This document shows, in pieces, positions 20,445 to 30,852 of a stretch of DNA of 64,000 nt. A program made the position numbers and the translations under genes. The notes under the pieces were generated by a model. It was not told the origin of the DNA. It searched no databases and worked only from the letters and a program-made list of their open reading frames with translations. Positions within the stretch are counted from its first letter, which is position 1. The number at the start of each line of letters is the position of its first letter. Source of the DNA: an uncultured Actinomycetota bacterium (GTDB lineage: Bacteria > Actinomycetota > Actinomycetes > Mycobacteriales > Mycobacteriaceae). Location: the NCBI GenBank assembly GCA_963830605.1, contig CAWHML010000007.1, forward strand, positions 30,053-94,052, read 5' to 3'.

Positions 20445-21779
20445 GTGAAGCAACCAGCCGACGCGATCGGCACGCCGCCGGCACGCCCGACGTCGGTGCC
20501 GGCGCAGCGCTACTACTCGCCGGCGTTCGCACAGCTCGAGGTCGAGCGAATGTGGCCCAAGGTGTGGCAGCTGGCCTGCACCGTCGACCATGTCGCCGAA
20601 ACGGGTGACTACTTCGAGTACCGTTGCGGCCCTTACTCGGTGCTCGTCGTTCGCGGCGACGACGGGCAACTTCGCGCGTTTCAGAATGTGTGCCGCCATC
20701 GCGGCAACTCACTGTGCACGGGCTCCGGTTCGGACTTGCGCACACTGCGGTGCGGCTATCACGGCTGGACGTGGGACCTCTCCGGCGCGCTGAAGCGAAT
20801 CCCGAACCGCAAAGGCTTCGGAGCGCTGCGAATGTCGGACTTCCCCTTGGTCAGCGTCACCGTCGATGTCTGGGAGCGGCTCGTTTTCGTCAACCTCGAC
20901 GTCGATGCGATGCCGCTGGTCGACTATCTGGAGACGATGCCGGACGACATCGAGTGGTGCGGGCTCGGTGACTTCCGCTGCTACGCCACCATGACGATCG
21001 AGGTCGAGGCGAATTGGAAGACGATCGCCGACGGTTACAGCGAGACCTACCACGTGCAGACGTTGCATCCCGAATTGCAGAGGTGCATGGACGACGTCCA
21101 TGCACCGCAAGCGATCTGGACTCATACCGGCAAGTCCGAACAGTTCTACGGTGTCGCAAGCCCGCAGCTCAAAAAGACGCTCAGCGACGCCGAGGTGTGG
21201 GACGCATACGTCCAGACGCAGGGTGCGCTGATGGGTGTCTGCGACGGCACTCCGTTCCCGGTCGACCGAGCGGCGCCGGGACGGTCCGTTGCAGAGGTGA
21301 TCGCCGAGCGCACAAAAACTTTCGCCGCTGAGCGCGGTGTCGATTTAAGCTGGGCCAGCACCGACCAGATGATGCGACTGCACCAGTACAACGTTTTTCC
21401 GAACATGACGCTGCTCGCCAACGCCGACCACCTCACGGTCATGACCTCTCGCCCCGGGCCGGATCCGGATCACGGTGAGCTGGTGATGTTCCTGTGGACG
21501 CGAATGCCGCCCGGTGCGCCGCGAGCGAAGCCGGCCGAGGTACGGATGACCGCGGCTGAGGCTGAACCCGGGCTGGTGATGACCCAGGACATCACCGTGC
21601 TGGCGGGGCTGCAACGCGGCTTGCGTCAGCCGGGGCTCAGCCACTTGACGCTGTCCAACGAAGAACGGCGCATCATCAACATGCACCGGAATCTGGAACG
21701 CTACCTCGACTTGCCGCAGGCTGAGTGCATGACCGGGGGTGAGACCGTTGACTGCCTTGCGGCCCAAAACGAGGGGTGA
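20445..21779 (+). CDS. Rieske non-heme iron oxygenase alpha subunit (ring-hydroxylating/demethylase type)
   Basis: Rieske motif NVCRHRG...CGYHGW; mononuclear Fe ligands NWK...ETYHVQTLH and late QD. Confidence 0.92.
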   Translation: MKQPADAIGTPPARPTSVPAQRYYSPAFAQLEVERMWPKVWQLACTVDHVAETGDYFEYRCGPYSVLVVRGDDGQLRAFQNVCRHRGNSLCTGSGSDLRTLRCGYHGWTWDLSGALKRIPNRKGFGALRMSDFPLVSVTVDVWERLVFVNLDVDAMPLVDYLETMPDDIEWCGLGDFRCYATMTIEVEANWKTIADGYSETYHVQTLHPELQRCMDDVHAPQAIWTHTGKSEQFYGVASPQLKKTLSDAEVWDAYVQTQGALMGVCDGTPFPVDRAAPGRSVAEVIAERTKTFAAERGVDLSWASTDQMMRLHQYNVFPNMTLLANADHLTVMTSRPGPDPDHGELVMFLWTRMPPGAPRAKPAEVRMTAAEAEPGLVMTQDITVLAGLQRGLRQPGLSHLTLSNEERRIINMHRNLERYLDLPQAECMTGGETVDCLAAQNEG

Positions 21780-22395
21780 TCCCGCCGGCCAACGGGGCGC
21801 CGGTATCAACGCAGAACTGATTCTGGCAACCGCGGCGGAGCTGATCGAGCGGGACGGCGTCGAGGCGTTCACGATGCGTGGCCTCGCCGAGCAACTCGGG
21901 GTGGCAGTCACTTCGATTTACTGGCATGTCGGCGGGCGGGACAAACTGTTCGACAGCCTGGTCGATCTACTGCTCAGCGAGATGGCGCAGCTGTCGGTCA
22001 ACGGCGATTCTGCGGTGGAACGAATTGCTTCGCTTGCCCGGTCCCAGCGCAAAGCACTGATCGACCGGCAGCATCTGCTGCGCATCGCTCACGAACGCGA
22101 CCGAACGCCGCTGCTGTTTCTGCCCATTCAACAAAAACTGGTGGCAGAGCTGGCGCGCATCGGCGTGACCGGAACCGAGGCCGCACTCGTCTTGCGCGCC
22201 ATCGAAGTGCACGTGATCGCCTCTGCGGTGATGCAGTTCTCGGCTGTTCGCGGCCCCAAACACGACGAGGAGGATCCCTCACTCTGGACTGGGGACTGGC
22301 CCGACCAGGCGCTCGTCCAAGCGCTGCAATCGCCGACCGACTATGACACCGTTTTCGAATACGGGCTGGGCGCCTTGCTGGCGACCCTGAGATGA
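21739..22395 (+). CDS. TetR/AcrR family transcriptional regulator
   Basis: HTH AAELIERDGVEAFTMRGLAEQLGVAVTSIYWHVGGRDKL; start overlaps the Rieske 3' end and is uncertain. Confidence 0.9.
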   Translation: MRPLTALRPKTRGDPAGQRGAGINAELILATAAELIERDGVEAFTMRGLAEQLGVAVTSIYWHVGGRDKLFDSLVDLLLSEMAQLSVNGDSAVERIASLARSQRKALIDRQHLLRIAHERDRTPLLFLPIQQKLVAELARIGVTGTEAALVLRAIEVHVIASAVMQFSAVRGPKHDEEDPSLWTGDWPDQALVQALQSPTDYDTVFEYGLGALLATLR

Positions 22396-22475
22396 GTCAT
22401 TGGCATCGGCCACGATGGTCGCGGCGCAACGGCTAGGCTGACGACCGAAAGATCCCCATCGTCAGGAGCCCGGTG

Positions 22476-23876
22476 ATGTCTCGGCCCGCAGCGGCGGTCA
22501 ACCGTGTGGTCAAGGCTTACGACGTGCGTGGCCTGGTGGGCGAGGAAATCGACGAGTCCCTGGCCGCAGATGTCGGCGCGGCATTTGCCCGGATGATGCG
22601 AGGCGAGGGCGCGCGGAGAGTCGCTATCGGTCACGACATGCGCGACAGCTCACCGGCATTGGCGGCCGCGTTCGCTCGCGGTGTCACCAGCCAGGGTCTC
22701 GACGTCGTCCGCATCGGCCTGTCCTCGACCGACCAGGTCTACTTCGCCTCGGGATTGCTGGAATGTCCAGGGGCGATGTTCACCGCAAGCCACAACCCGG
22801 CTGCCTACAACGGCATCAAGATGTGTCGCGCAGGCGCCAAGCCGGTCGGCGAGGACACCGGACTCGGCACTATCCGCGACGAGCTGGTCGCCGGTGTGCC
22901 GGACTACGACGGGCCGCCCGGAACAGCGACCGATCAGGATGTGCTGGTCGGGTACGGAGCGTATCTGCGCTCGCTGGTCGACCTTTCCGGCCTGCGTCCA
23001 CTGCGGGTCGCCGTGGACGCAGGCAACGGCATGGCCGGGCATACTGCGCCCGCCGTACTGGGTTCCATCGACTCGATCACGTTGCTGCCGTTGTTTTTTG
23101 AGCTCGACGGATCGTTTCCCAACCATGAAGCCAATCCGCTCGATCCGGCCAACCTGGTCGACCTGCAGGAGCACGTCGGGGCCGTCACTGCTGATATCGG
23201 GCTGGCCTTCGACGGGGACGCCGACCGCTGCTTCGTCGTCGACGAGTGCGGCCGGGCGGTGTCGCCGTCGACGGTGACCGCGCTGGTTGCCGCGCGCGAA
23301 CTCGAGCGCGAGATCGGTGCCACCGTCATCCACAACTTGATCACTTCGCGGGCCGTCCCCGAGTTGGTGGTCGAGCGCGGGGGCACACCGGTGCGGTGCC
23401 GCGTCGGCCACTCCTACATCAAGGCGCTGATGGCCGACACCGGCGCCATCTTCGGCGGTGAGCACTCGGCGCACTACTATTTCCGCGACTTCTGGGGTGC
23501 CGACTCCGGGATGCTGGCCGCCCTGTATGTGCTTGCTGCGCTCGGCGAACAGCAGCGGCCGCTGTCGGAGCTCGCGGCGGACTACCAGCGCTACGAATCG
23601 TCCGGCGAAATCAACTTCACCGTGGCCGACGCGGCGTCCTGCGTCGAGGCGGTGCTGAAGTCTTTCGGCGGGCGCATCCACTCCATCGACCACCTCGACG
23701 GTGTGACGGTGGACCTGGGCGACGGCAGCTGGTTCAATCTGCGCAGCTCCAACACCGAGCCGCTGCTGCGGCTGAACGTCGAGGGGCGCTGCGCCGAGGA
23801 CGTTGCCGCAGTGGTCCGTCACATCAGTGCCCACATCAGTGCCCAGACGAACGGCACGGCCGAGGCGGCTTCGTGA
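22476..23876 (+). CDS. pmmA: Phosphomannomutase/phosphoglucomutase (Rv3257c ortholog)
   Basis: KAYDVRG, TASHNP, DGDADR and GGEHSAHYYF. Confidence 0.95.
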   Translation: MSRPAAAVNRVVKAYDVRGLVGEEIDESLAADVGAAFARMMRGEGARRVAIGHDMRDSSPALAAAFARGVTSQGLDVVRIGLSSTDQVYFASGLLECPGAMFTASHNPAAYNGIKMCRAGAKPVGEDTGLGTIRDELVAGVPDYDGPPGTATDQDVLVGYGAYLRSLVDLSGLRPLRVAVDAGNGMAGHTAPAVLGSIDSITLLPLFFELDGSFPNHEANPLDPANLVDLQEHVGAVTADIGLAFDGDADRCFVVDECGRAVSPSTVTALVAARELEREIGATVIHNLITSRAVPELVVERGGTPVRCRVGHSYIKALMADTGAIFGGEHSAHYYFRDFWGADSGMLAALYVLAALGEQQRPLSELAADYQRYESSGEINFTVADAASCVEAVLKSFGGRIHSIDHLDGVTVDLGDGSWFNLRSSNTEPLLRLNVEGRCAEDVAAVVRHISAHISAQTNGTAEAAS

Positions 23877-24961
23877 ACGCCGTGGGCGCCGCGGTCGACC
23901 TCGACGACGCCGAGGGGTTGATCGCCGCTGACCGCGACGCTCTACTGCGGGCCGCGTCATCGGCGGGCGCCCAGGTGCGGTCGACCGCGGCGGCACTGGA
24001 CGAAGGCGCGCTGGACTCGGTGCGCGGTCCCGGTCCGCCTCGCACGGTGGTCTGGGTCGCCGGCCAAGGCACTGCCGAGACGGCCGGTGCGATGCTGGCC
24101 GCGTCGCTGGCCGGGGTAGCCGCCGAACCGATTGTGTTGGCCGCCGATGCACCGCCGTGGATCGGGGCGTTGGACGTGCTGGTAGTGGCCGGCGACGATC
24201 CGGGCGACCCAGCGCTGGTGAGTGCCGCCGCGACCGGTGTGCGCCGGGGCGCCCGGGTCGTCGTCGCCGCGCCCTACGAAGGCCCGCTGCGGGACACGAC
24301 CGCCGGTCGGGTGGCGGTGCTGCAGCCGCGGATAGCGATGCCCGACGAGTTCCGGCTGTGCCGGTACCTGGCCGCAGGGCTGGCTGTATTGGAGAGTGTG
24401 GATGCCGGGCTGCGGACCGACCTCGGGCTGCTGGCCGACGAGCTGGACAGCGAAGCGCTGCGCAACAGCGCCGGCCGGGAGGTGTTCACCAACCCGGCGA
24501 AGGCGCTCGCCCTGCGCTTGTCCGAGCACCGCGCCGCGCTGGCCGGCGACTGCGCCGCCACTCTGGCGCTGGCCAGGCACGCGTCGTCGGTGTTGCTGAG
24601 AATCGGACACCAGGTAGTGTCCGCGGCCGGGCTGGCGGACGCGCTGATCGCGCTGCACACCACACCCGAGCACCTCGATCCGGCGGACGCGCTGTTCCAC
24701 GACGAACAGATCGACGGTCCGCTGCCGCAGCGGCTCCGCGTCTTCGCACTGACGCTGGCCGCCGAGCGCACCGTGGTGGCCGCGCGACTGGCCGGGCTCC
24801 GCGACGTCGAGCTGGTCGGTGCCGACGACATTCCTGACCTGCCGGACCCTGCAGCCAGCGCACCGGCGCCGCTCGGTGTGCAACGCACCGAGCAGCAGCT
24901 GGCAATACTGGCCGTCCGGCTGGAGATGGCCGCCGTTTACGCGCGACTGGTGCGGGGATAA
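23873..24961 (+). CDS. SIS-like protein, Rv3256c/TobH ortholog
   Basis: VDLDDAEGLIAADRDALLRAASSAGAQVR...ILAVRLEMAAVY; lies between pmmA and manA. Confidence 0.85.
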   Translation: MNAVGAAVDLDDAEGLIAADRDALLRAASSAGAQVRSTAAALDEGALDSVRGPGPPRTVVWVAGQGTAETAGAMLAASLAGVAAEPIVLAADAPPWIGALDVLVVAGDDPGDPALVSAAATGVRRGARVVVAAPYEGPLRDTTAGRVAVLQPRIAMPDEFRLCRYLAAGLAVLESVDAGLRTDLGLLADELDSEALRNSAGREVFTNPAKALALRLSEHRAALAGDCAATLALARHASSVLLRIGHQVVSAAGLADALIALHTTPEHLDPADALFHDEQIDGPLPQRLRVFALTLAAERTVVAARLAGLRDVELVGADDIPDLPDPAASAPAPLGVQRTEQQLAILAVRLEMAAVYARLVRG

Positions 24962-24969
24962 CTAGAACC

Positions 24970-26196
24970 GTGGAACTGCTACGCGGAGCGATACGGACCT
25001 ACGCCTGGGGGTCGCGCACCGCAATCGCGGAATTCACCGGGCGGCCGGTGCCGGCCGCTCACCCCGAGGCGGAATTGTGGCTGGGCGCGCACCCGGCCGA
25101 CCCTGCGCGGCTGGAGACCGACGACGGCGAAAGCTCACTGTTGGAGGCCGTGGTCGCCGACCCCGAGGGACAACTCGGGTCGGTGGCGCGCTCCCGGTTC
25201 GGTGATGTGCTGCCGTTTCTGGTCAAGGTTTTGGCGGCCGACGAGCCGCTGTCGCTGCAGGCTCATCCGAGCGCCGAGCAGGCGGTCGAGGGTTACCTGC
25301 GCGAGGAGAAACTTGGCATCCCGCTTGCCTCGCCAATGCGCAACTACCGCGACACCAGTCACAAGCCCGAGTTGCTGGTGGCGCTGCAACCGTTTGAGGC
25401 GCTCGCCGGTTTCCGGCCGGCCGCGCTGACCGTCGAGCTGCTGCGTGCGCTGGCGGTCGGCGACCTCGACCCTTACATCGGATTGCTCAACGACCAGTCC
25501 GATGCCGACGGGCTGCGAGCGCTGTTCACCACCTGGATCACCGCTCCCCAGCCGCACATCGATGCCCTGGTGCCCGCCGTGCTGGACGGCGCCATCCAGT
25601 ACATCACGTCGGGGGCGACCCGCTTCGCCGCCGAAGCAAAGACCGTGCTGGAACTGGGCGAGCGCTATCCCGGCGACGCAGGCGTGCTGGCGTCGTTGCT
25701 GCTGAACCGGATAACTTTGGCACCGGGAGAAGCGATCTTCCTGCCGGCCGGCAACCTGCACACCTATCTACGCGGCGTAGCCTTCGAGGTGATGGCCAAC
25801 TCGGACAACGTTTTACGCGGCGGGCTGACGCCCAAACACGTCGACGTGCCCGAACTGTTGCGGGTGCTGGACTTCACTCCGACCACCGAGGCGCAGTTGC
25901 GGCCGCCCATCCGGTGTGACGGCATCAGCCTGGTGTATGTGACCGCAGCCGAGGAGTTCGCCTTATCGGTGCTGAAGCTCGACGGCGAACACCTCGGGCA
26001 TGAGGTCGATGCTCCATCCCGTCACGACGGGCCGCAGATTCTGCTGTGCACCGAAGGTGCGGCGACGGTGCACGGCAAGTCGAAAAGGCTGACCTTGCAG
26101 CGGGGAATGGCCGCCTGGGTTACGGCCGACGACGGTCCCATCCGACTGGTCGCGCGCCGGCCCGCGACACTGTTTCGGGCTACCGTCGGCCTTTGA
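24970..26196 (+). CDS. manA: Mannose-6-phosphate isomerase class I
   Basis: YAWGS, AELWLGAHP, LSLQAHP, HKPEL and EVMANSDNVLRGGLT. Confidence 0.96.
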   Translation: MELLRGAIRTYAWGSRTAIAEFTGRPVPAAHPEAELWLGAHPADPARLETDDGESSLLEAVVADPEGQLGSVARSRFGDVLPFLVKVLAADEPLSLQAHPSAEQAVEGYLREEKLGIPLASPMRNYRDTSHKPELLVALQPFEALAGFRPAALTVELLRALAVGDLDPYIGLLNDQSDADGLRALFTTWITAPQPHIDALVPAVLDGAIQYITSGATRFAAEAKTVLELGERYPGDAGVLASLLLNRITLAPGEAIFLPAGNLHTYLRGVAFEVMANSDNVLRGGLTPKHVDVPELLRVLDFTPTTEAQLRPPIRCDGISLVYVTAAEEFALSVLKLDGEHLGHEVDAPSRHDGPQILLCTEGAATVHGKSKRLTLQRGMAAWVTADDGPIRLVARRPATLFRATVGL

Positions 26197-26214
26197 GCAC
26201 CAGAGCGGGCTGAC

Positions 26215-27663
26215 TTATCGTGTCGCGGGCAGCTTTTCGCGTTGCTCTCGGCGGGTGTTCCGCCGTTCGCGCCACAGTTGCCGGCGCTCGCCGAGCCACA
26301 GCCGCATGTTGTGCCGGACTGTGCGGGTAATCAACCCCGCCGACGGAATCAGGTACAAGCTGTCGAGCAGACTGAACCGGCGCAAAAACCACTCCGCCAA
26401 TACAGGATCGGTCTCGGCGGCACCGAGGAACTGGTCGAACAGACTGCCGACGGGCCGATACCACCACGGTGTTTGGCCGCTGGCATGGTGGAACGCGAAA
26501 TCGCCGATACTGTTCATCACCCACACCGGGTAGGTGGTCTTGGCGGTGGCGCGGTTGACTTCACGCACCACATCTCCGCTGCGCGACTCCAGCGCCCGGC
26601 GCAGATGACCGGCCTGCAGCGACGTCATCGTCATACCCTGCCCATAAGTCGGGTCGAAGCTGGCCACCGCGTCCCCTAACGGCACGATGCCGGCGGGGAA
26701 GCGTCTGAGCTTGTCATAGCGGCGCCACCTGGTGGCGGGAAAGCGGTGAAAAGCCACCTCCCCGACCGGTTCCGCCTGTGCGATGGCCGCGGCCAGGTGG
26801 GGCGGCAGCAGTGTGTCGGCGAGTGCTCGCATCTCGGGAAAAGTATGCGGCGGTTCGACTTTGGCAACGCCGAAGGTGGTCAGTACCCAGGCGCGGTCCT
26901 CGTAGCAGAGCATGCCGAGCCCGAGCGGATGCTCGCGCGACGCTCCGGCCACCACCACCTTCTGGTCGATCAGGCCGTCGGGAATGCGCAGTTGCTGGGA
27001 GGCATAACCGATGCCCACGTCGACGGTGTCCTCACGCGGCCGCTCGAAACCCCACTGCTCGAGCCACACCGGCAGCCTGGTGCCGCGGCCGGCCGCGTCG
27101 ACCACCAGGTCTGCGGGCACGAACTGCGAGCCGCCGCCATCCGCGGAGTCCAGCAGCACGCCCGTCACCCGCTGCGTGCCCTCGTCGAATCGCGGTTCGC
27201 GGACCGAGCCGTCGCGGACGTCGACGTTGGCGATTTGCAAGACCCGGCGGCGGATCTGCCATTCCAGCTGCGGGCGGCTCGGCACGTAGGCGGTGAACTC
27301 GTCGCGCAACCGATGGCCCGTACCAAGCACATGGCCGGCAGCGCCGAAGTAAATGCAGTCCGGGCGGTTCTCCAGAATCGGGACTCCGGCGCTGACCATC
27401 TCGTCGAGCAATCCGGGGAACAATGCGTCGAACTCTGCTGCACCGCGCGCCATCAGCAGATGCACGTGCCGCCCCTGCGGCACCGCCGTGCGGTTCACCG
27501 GAGAGCCTGGCAGTTCGTCGCGTTCGAAGACGGTCACCCGGTCGTAGAAGTCCGAGAGCACGCGTGCGGCGCACAGCCCCGCGATACTCGCCCCGATTAC
27601 CACCGCGTGGGTCGGTGCCGGTTTGCCGGCGTGTTCCCCCGCGTTTTCCTCACCCACCCGCAT
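26215..27663 (-). CDS. FAD-dependent oxidoreductase (Rv3254 ortholog)
   Basis: VVIGASIAGL, VPQGRHVH, VVDAAGRG and GDAVASFDPTYGQGMT; start uncertain. Confidence 0.88.
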   Translation of the reverse strand: MRVGEENAGEHAGKPAPTHAVVIGASIAGLCAARVLSDFYDRVTVFERDELPGSPVNRTAVPQGRHVHLLMARGAAEFDALFPGLLDEMVSAGVPILENRPDCIYFGAAGHVLGTGHRLRDEFTAYVPSRPQLEWQIRRRVLQIANVDVRDGSVREPRFDEGTQRVTGVLLDSADGGGSQFVPADLVVDAAGRGTRLPVWLEQWGFERPREDTVDVGIGYASQQLRIPDGLIDQKVVVAGASREHPLGLGMLCYEDRAWVLTTFGVAKVEPPHTFPEMRALADTLLPPHLAAAIAQAEPVGEVAFHRFPATRWRRYDKLRRFPAGIVPLGDAVASFDPTYGQGMTMTSLQAGHLRRALESRSGDVVREVNRATAKTTYPVWVMNSIGDFAFHHASGQTPWWYRPVGSLFDQFLGAAETDPVLAEWFLRRFSLLDSLYLIPSAGLITRTVRHNMRLWLGERRQLWRERRNTRREQREKLPATR

Positions 27664-27714
27664 TCCCGCACAGTACTAGGTACATTGCCGTCACACGAAA
27701 AGAAGGGATGGCGC

Positions 27715-29238
27715 ATGGTCCGTCAGCGCCGCATGAAGTCGGTCGAACAGTCGATCGCCGACACCGACGAGGTGAGCACGCGACTGCGCAAGGATCTCAG
27801 CTGGTGGCACCTGACCGTTTTCGGGGTGTCGGTGGTCATCGGAGCCGGCATCTTCACCGTCACCGCATCCACCGCGGGTGATGTCACCGGCCCGGCCATC
27901 TGGATCTCGTTTCTGATCGCGGCTGTCACCTGTGGCCTGGCCGCCCTGTGCTACGCCGAGTTCGCCTCGATGCTGCCGGTGGCCGGCAGCGCTTACACGT
28001 TCTCCTACGCGACGTTCGGTGAGTTTCTGGCTTGGACCATCGGCTGGAACCTGGTGCTGGAACTGGCGATCGGGGGCGCCGTGGTGTCCAAGGGATGGTC
28101 GAGCTACCTCGGGGCGGTGTTCGGATTCGCCGACGGCATCGTGACTTTGGGCTCGTTCGACTTCGACTGGGGTGCGGCGCTGATCGTCGCGCTGGTGGCC
28201 ACCCTGCTCGCCCTGGGCACCAAACTCTCGTCGCAGTTTTCGGCGGCGGTCACCGCGGTCAAGGTGTCAGTGGTGCTGCTGGTGGTAGTCGTCGGTGCCT
28301 TCTACGTCAAGGCCGCCAACTACAAACCGTTCATCCCGCCGCCCGAAGTCGACCACGCCGGAACCGGTGTCGACCAGTCGGCGCTGTCGTTGCTGACCGG
28401 GGCACACAGCAGCCATTACGGCTGGTACGGAGTGCTGGCCGGGGCATCGATCGTGTTCTTCGCGTTCATCGGCTTCGACATCGTGGCCACCATGGCTGAG
28501 GAGACCAAGCAACCGCAGCGCGATGTGCCGCGCGGCATTCTGGTGACGCTGGGGCTTGTGACGGTGCTCTACATCGCGGTCGCGGTCGTCCTGTCCGGGA
28601 TGGTGCCTTACACCGAACTCCGCGATACCGGCGACGGGCGGCGCGCGAACCTGGCCACCGCCTTCGCGGCCAACGGCGTGCACTGGGCCAGCGGTGTGAT
28701 TTCCGTGGGCGCGCTCGCCGGGCTGACCACTGTCGTGATGGTGTTACTGCTCGGCGGCTGCCGGGTGCTGTTCGCGATGGCCCGAGACGGGCTGTTACCG
28801 CGGCAACTGGCCAACACCGGCACGCGCGGGACCCCGGTGCGGCTCACCGTGCTGGTCGCGTTGCTGGTCGCGGGGACGGCGTCGCTCTTCCCCACGGCCA
28901 AACTCGAGGAGATGGTCAACGTGGGCACCTTGTTCGCCTTCCTGCTGGTGTCAGCCGGGGTGATCGTGCTGCGCCGGACTCGCCCCGACCTACCCCGTGG
29001 TTTCCGCACACCGTGGGTGCCGGTGTTGCCGATCGCCTCGGTGCTGGCATGTCTGTGGCTGATGCTGAACCTCACCGCGTTGACCTGGATCAGATTCGCG
29101 ATCTGGATGGCTGTCGGAACACTTATCTACTTCGGTTACGGCCGCCGGCACTCGGTGCTGGCCGCCCGGTTGGCCGGCGCGCATCCCGCTCCGATGCCGT
29201 CGGAAGCCGATCGCGCGTGGACCGATACCCGCCGCTGA
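27715..29238 (+). CDS. Cationic amino acid permease (APC family, Rv3253c ortholog)
   Basis: GVSVVIGAGIF, LCYAEFASMLPVAGSAY and FFAFIGFDIV; multiple TM helices. Confidence 0.93.
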   Translation: MVRQRRMKSVEQSIADTDEVSTRLRKDLSWWHLTVFGVSVVIGAGIFTVTASTAGDVTGPAIWISFLIAAVTCGLAALCYAEFASMLPVAGSAYTFSYATFGEFLAWTIGWNLVLELAIGGAVVSKGWSSYLGAVFGFADGIVTLGSFDFDWGAALIVALVATLLALGTKLSSQFSAAVTAVKVSVVLLVVVVGAFYVKAANYKPFIPPPEVDHAGTGVDQSALSLLTGAHSSHYGWYGVLAGASIVFFAFIGFDIVATMAEETKQPQRDVPRGILVTLGLVTVLYIAVAVVLSGMVPYTELRDTGDGRRANLATAFAANGVHWASGVISVGALAGLTTVVMVLLLGGCRVLFAMARDGLLPRQLANTGTRGTPVRLTVLVALLVAGTASLFPTAKLEEMVNVGTLFAFLLVSAGVIVLRRTRPDLPRGFRTPWVPVLPIASVLACLWLMLNLTALTWIRFAIWMAVGTLIYFGYGRRHSVLAARLAGAHPAPMPSEADRAWTDTRR

Positions 29239-29349
29239 CAGCCGCTACTCCACCGGGCGCAGCTGTTGCATCAGGTTGCCGCCCGACCCGGCCACCACCG
29301 GCGCACTGTCGATGACTCGGTACATGCGCCTTTACATATGCCCGTCTCG

Positions 29350-29359
29350 TGTCTAGACA
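29350..29359. promoter_or_regulatory. Palindrome upstream of alkB (possible site for the downstream TetR/AlkX repressor)
   Basis: Perfect palindrome TGTCTAGACA ~65 nt before the alkB start. Confidence 0.4.
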
Positions 29360-29425
29360 AAAGACGCAAACCGGGGTAATGTCCAACACACGGCTTGGTG
29401 ACTCGCAGGAAAGGAGGTTGGCGGT

Positions 29426-30631
29426 ATGACGGGTCAGATCGCCCCAGAGGTGTGGCAGGACAGAAAGCGTTATCTGTGGTTGCTCGGGCTCATCGCCCCG
29501 ACCATGCTGACGGCAATCTTGCCGATCGTGTGGGGCATGAACCAGCTCGGCTGGCGGACCGCCTCACAGACGCTGTTCTGGGTCGGCCCGATCCTGGTCT
29601 ACATTGTGTTGCCCGTGCTTGACCTGCGGTTCGGACCCGACGGCCAGAACCCGCCCGACGAGGTAATGGAGCGGCTGGAGAACGACAAGTACTACCGCTT
29701 CTGCACCTACCTCTACCTTCCCTTCCAATACCTCAGCGTCGTCCTGGCGGCCTACCTGTTCACCGCGTCGAACCTCGGCTGGCTGGGCTACGCCGGCCCG
29801 CTCAGCTGGCCGGCAAAAATCGGGCTGGCGTTGTCGGTGGGTGTTCTCGGCGCAGTGGGCATGAACGCCGCGCACGAGATGGGCCACAAGAAGGACGCGC
29901 TCGAGCGGTGGCTCGCCAAGATCACGCTGGCCCAGAGTTGCTACGGCCACTTCTACATCGAGCACAACCGGGGGCACCACGTGCGGGTCGCCACGCCCGA
30001 AGACCCGGCGTCGGCTCGCTTCGGCGAATCGTTCTGGGAATTCTTGCCGCGCAGTGTTTTCGGGAGCTTGCGCTCGGCGTGGCGGCTGGAGTTCCAGCGG
30101 CTGCGCCGGCTGAACAAAAGCCCCTGGCACCTGTCCAACGACGTGCTCAATGCCTGGCTGATGTCGGTTGTCCTGTGGGGAATGATGATCGCGGTGTTCG
30201 GCCCGGCCCTGATCCCGTTGGTGATAGTCCAGGCGGTATACGCCTTCAGCACATTCGAGACGGTGAACTATCTCGAACACTACGGATTGCTCCGGCAGAA
30301 AACCGCCAACGGCCGCTACGAGCGCTGCGCACCCGAGCACAGCTGGAACTCCGATCACATCGTGACCAACCTGTTCCTCTACCACCTGCAGCGTCATAGC
30401 GATCACCACGCCAACCCGACACGGCGCTACCAGACATTGCGCAGCATCGACGGCTCGCCCAACTTGCCCGGCGGATACGCGTCGATGATTTCGCTGACCT
30501 ACTTTCCGCCGCTGTGGCGAAAAGTCATGGACCACCGGGTGCTCAGCCACTACGACGGTGACATCACCAGGGTCAACGTGCATCCGCGGCGCAGGCGGCA
30601 GCTGCTGGCCCGGCATGCGGCGGTGTCGTAA
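29426..30631 (+). CDS. alkB: Alkane 1-monooxygenase
   Basis: His boxes AHEMGHK, EHNRGHH, NYLEHYGL and LQRHSDHHA. Confidence 0.97.
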   Translation: MTGQIAPEVWQDRKRYLWLLGLIAPTMLTAILPIVWGMNQLGWRTASQTLFWVGPILVYIVLPVLDLRFGPDGQNPPDEVMERLENDKYYRFCTYLYLPFQYLSVVLAAYLFTASNLGWLGYAGPLSWPAKIGLALSVGVLGAVGMNAAHEMGHKKDALERWLAKITLAQSCYGHFYIEHNRGHHVRVATPEDPASARFGESFWEFLPRSVFGSLRSAWRLEFQRLRRLNKSPWHLSNDVLNAWLMSVVLWGMMIAVFGPALIPLVIVQAVYAFSTFETVNYLEHYGLLRQKTANGRYERCAPEHSWNSDHIVTNLFLYHLQRHSDHHANPTRRYQTLRSIDGSPNLPGGYASMISLTYFPPLWRKVMDHRVLSHYDGDITRVNVHPRRRRQLLARHAAVS

Positions 30632-30819
30632 TGGTCGCATTCTGCTGCCCGGTCTGCGGCTACGTCTACGACGAAGCTAAAGGCGCTGCGCGCGAAGGTT
30701 TCCCGGCCGGTACGGCTTGGGACCGCATTCCCGACGATTGGTGCTGCCCAGACTGCGGTGTGCGCGAGAAAGTGGACTTCGAACCGACGTCCGGCGACGA
30801 CGCTTCCGCGCTGCGATGA
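30631..30819 (+). CDS. rubA: Rubredoxin A
   Basis: CPVCGYVYD...WCCPDCG. Confidence 0.93.
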   Translation: MVAFCCPVCGYVYDEAKGAAREGFPAGTAWDRIPDDWCCPDCGVREKVDFEPTSGDDASALR

Positions 30820-30852
30820 GGAGGAGCCGGACAATTGGAAAGGAGCAAACCA

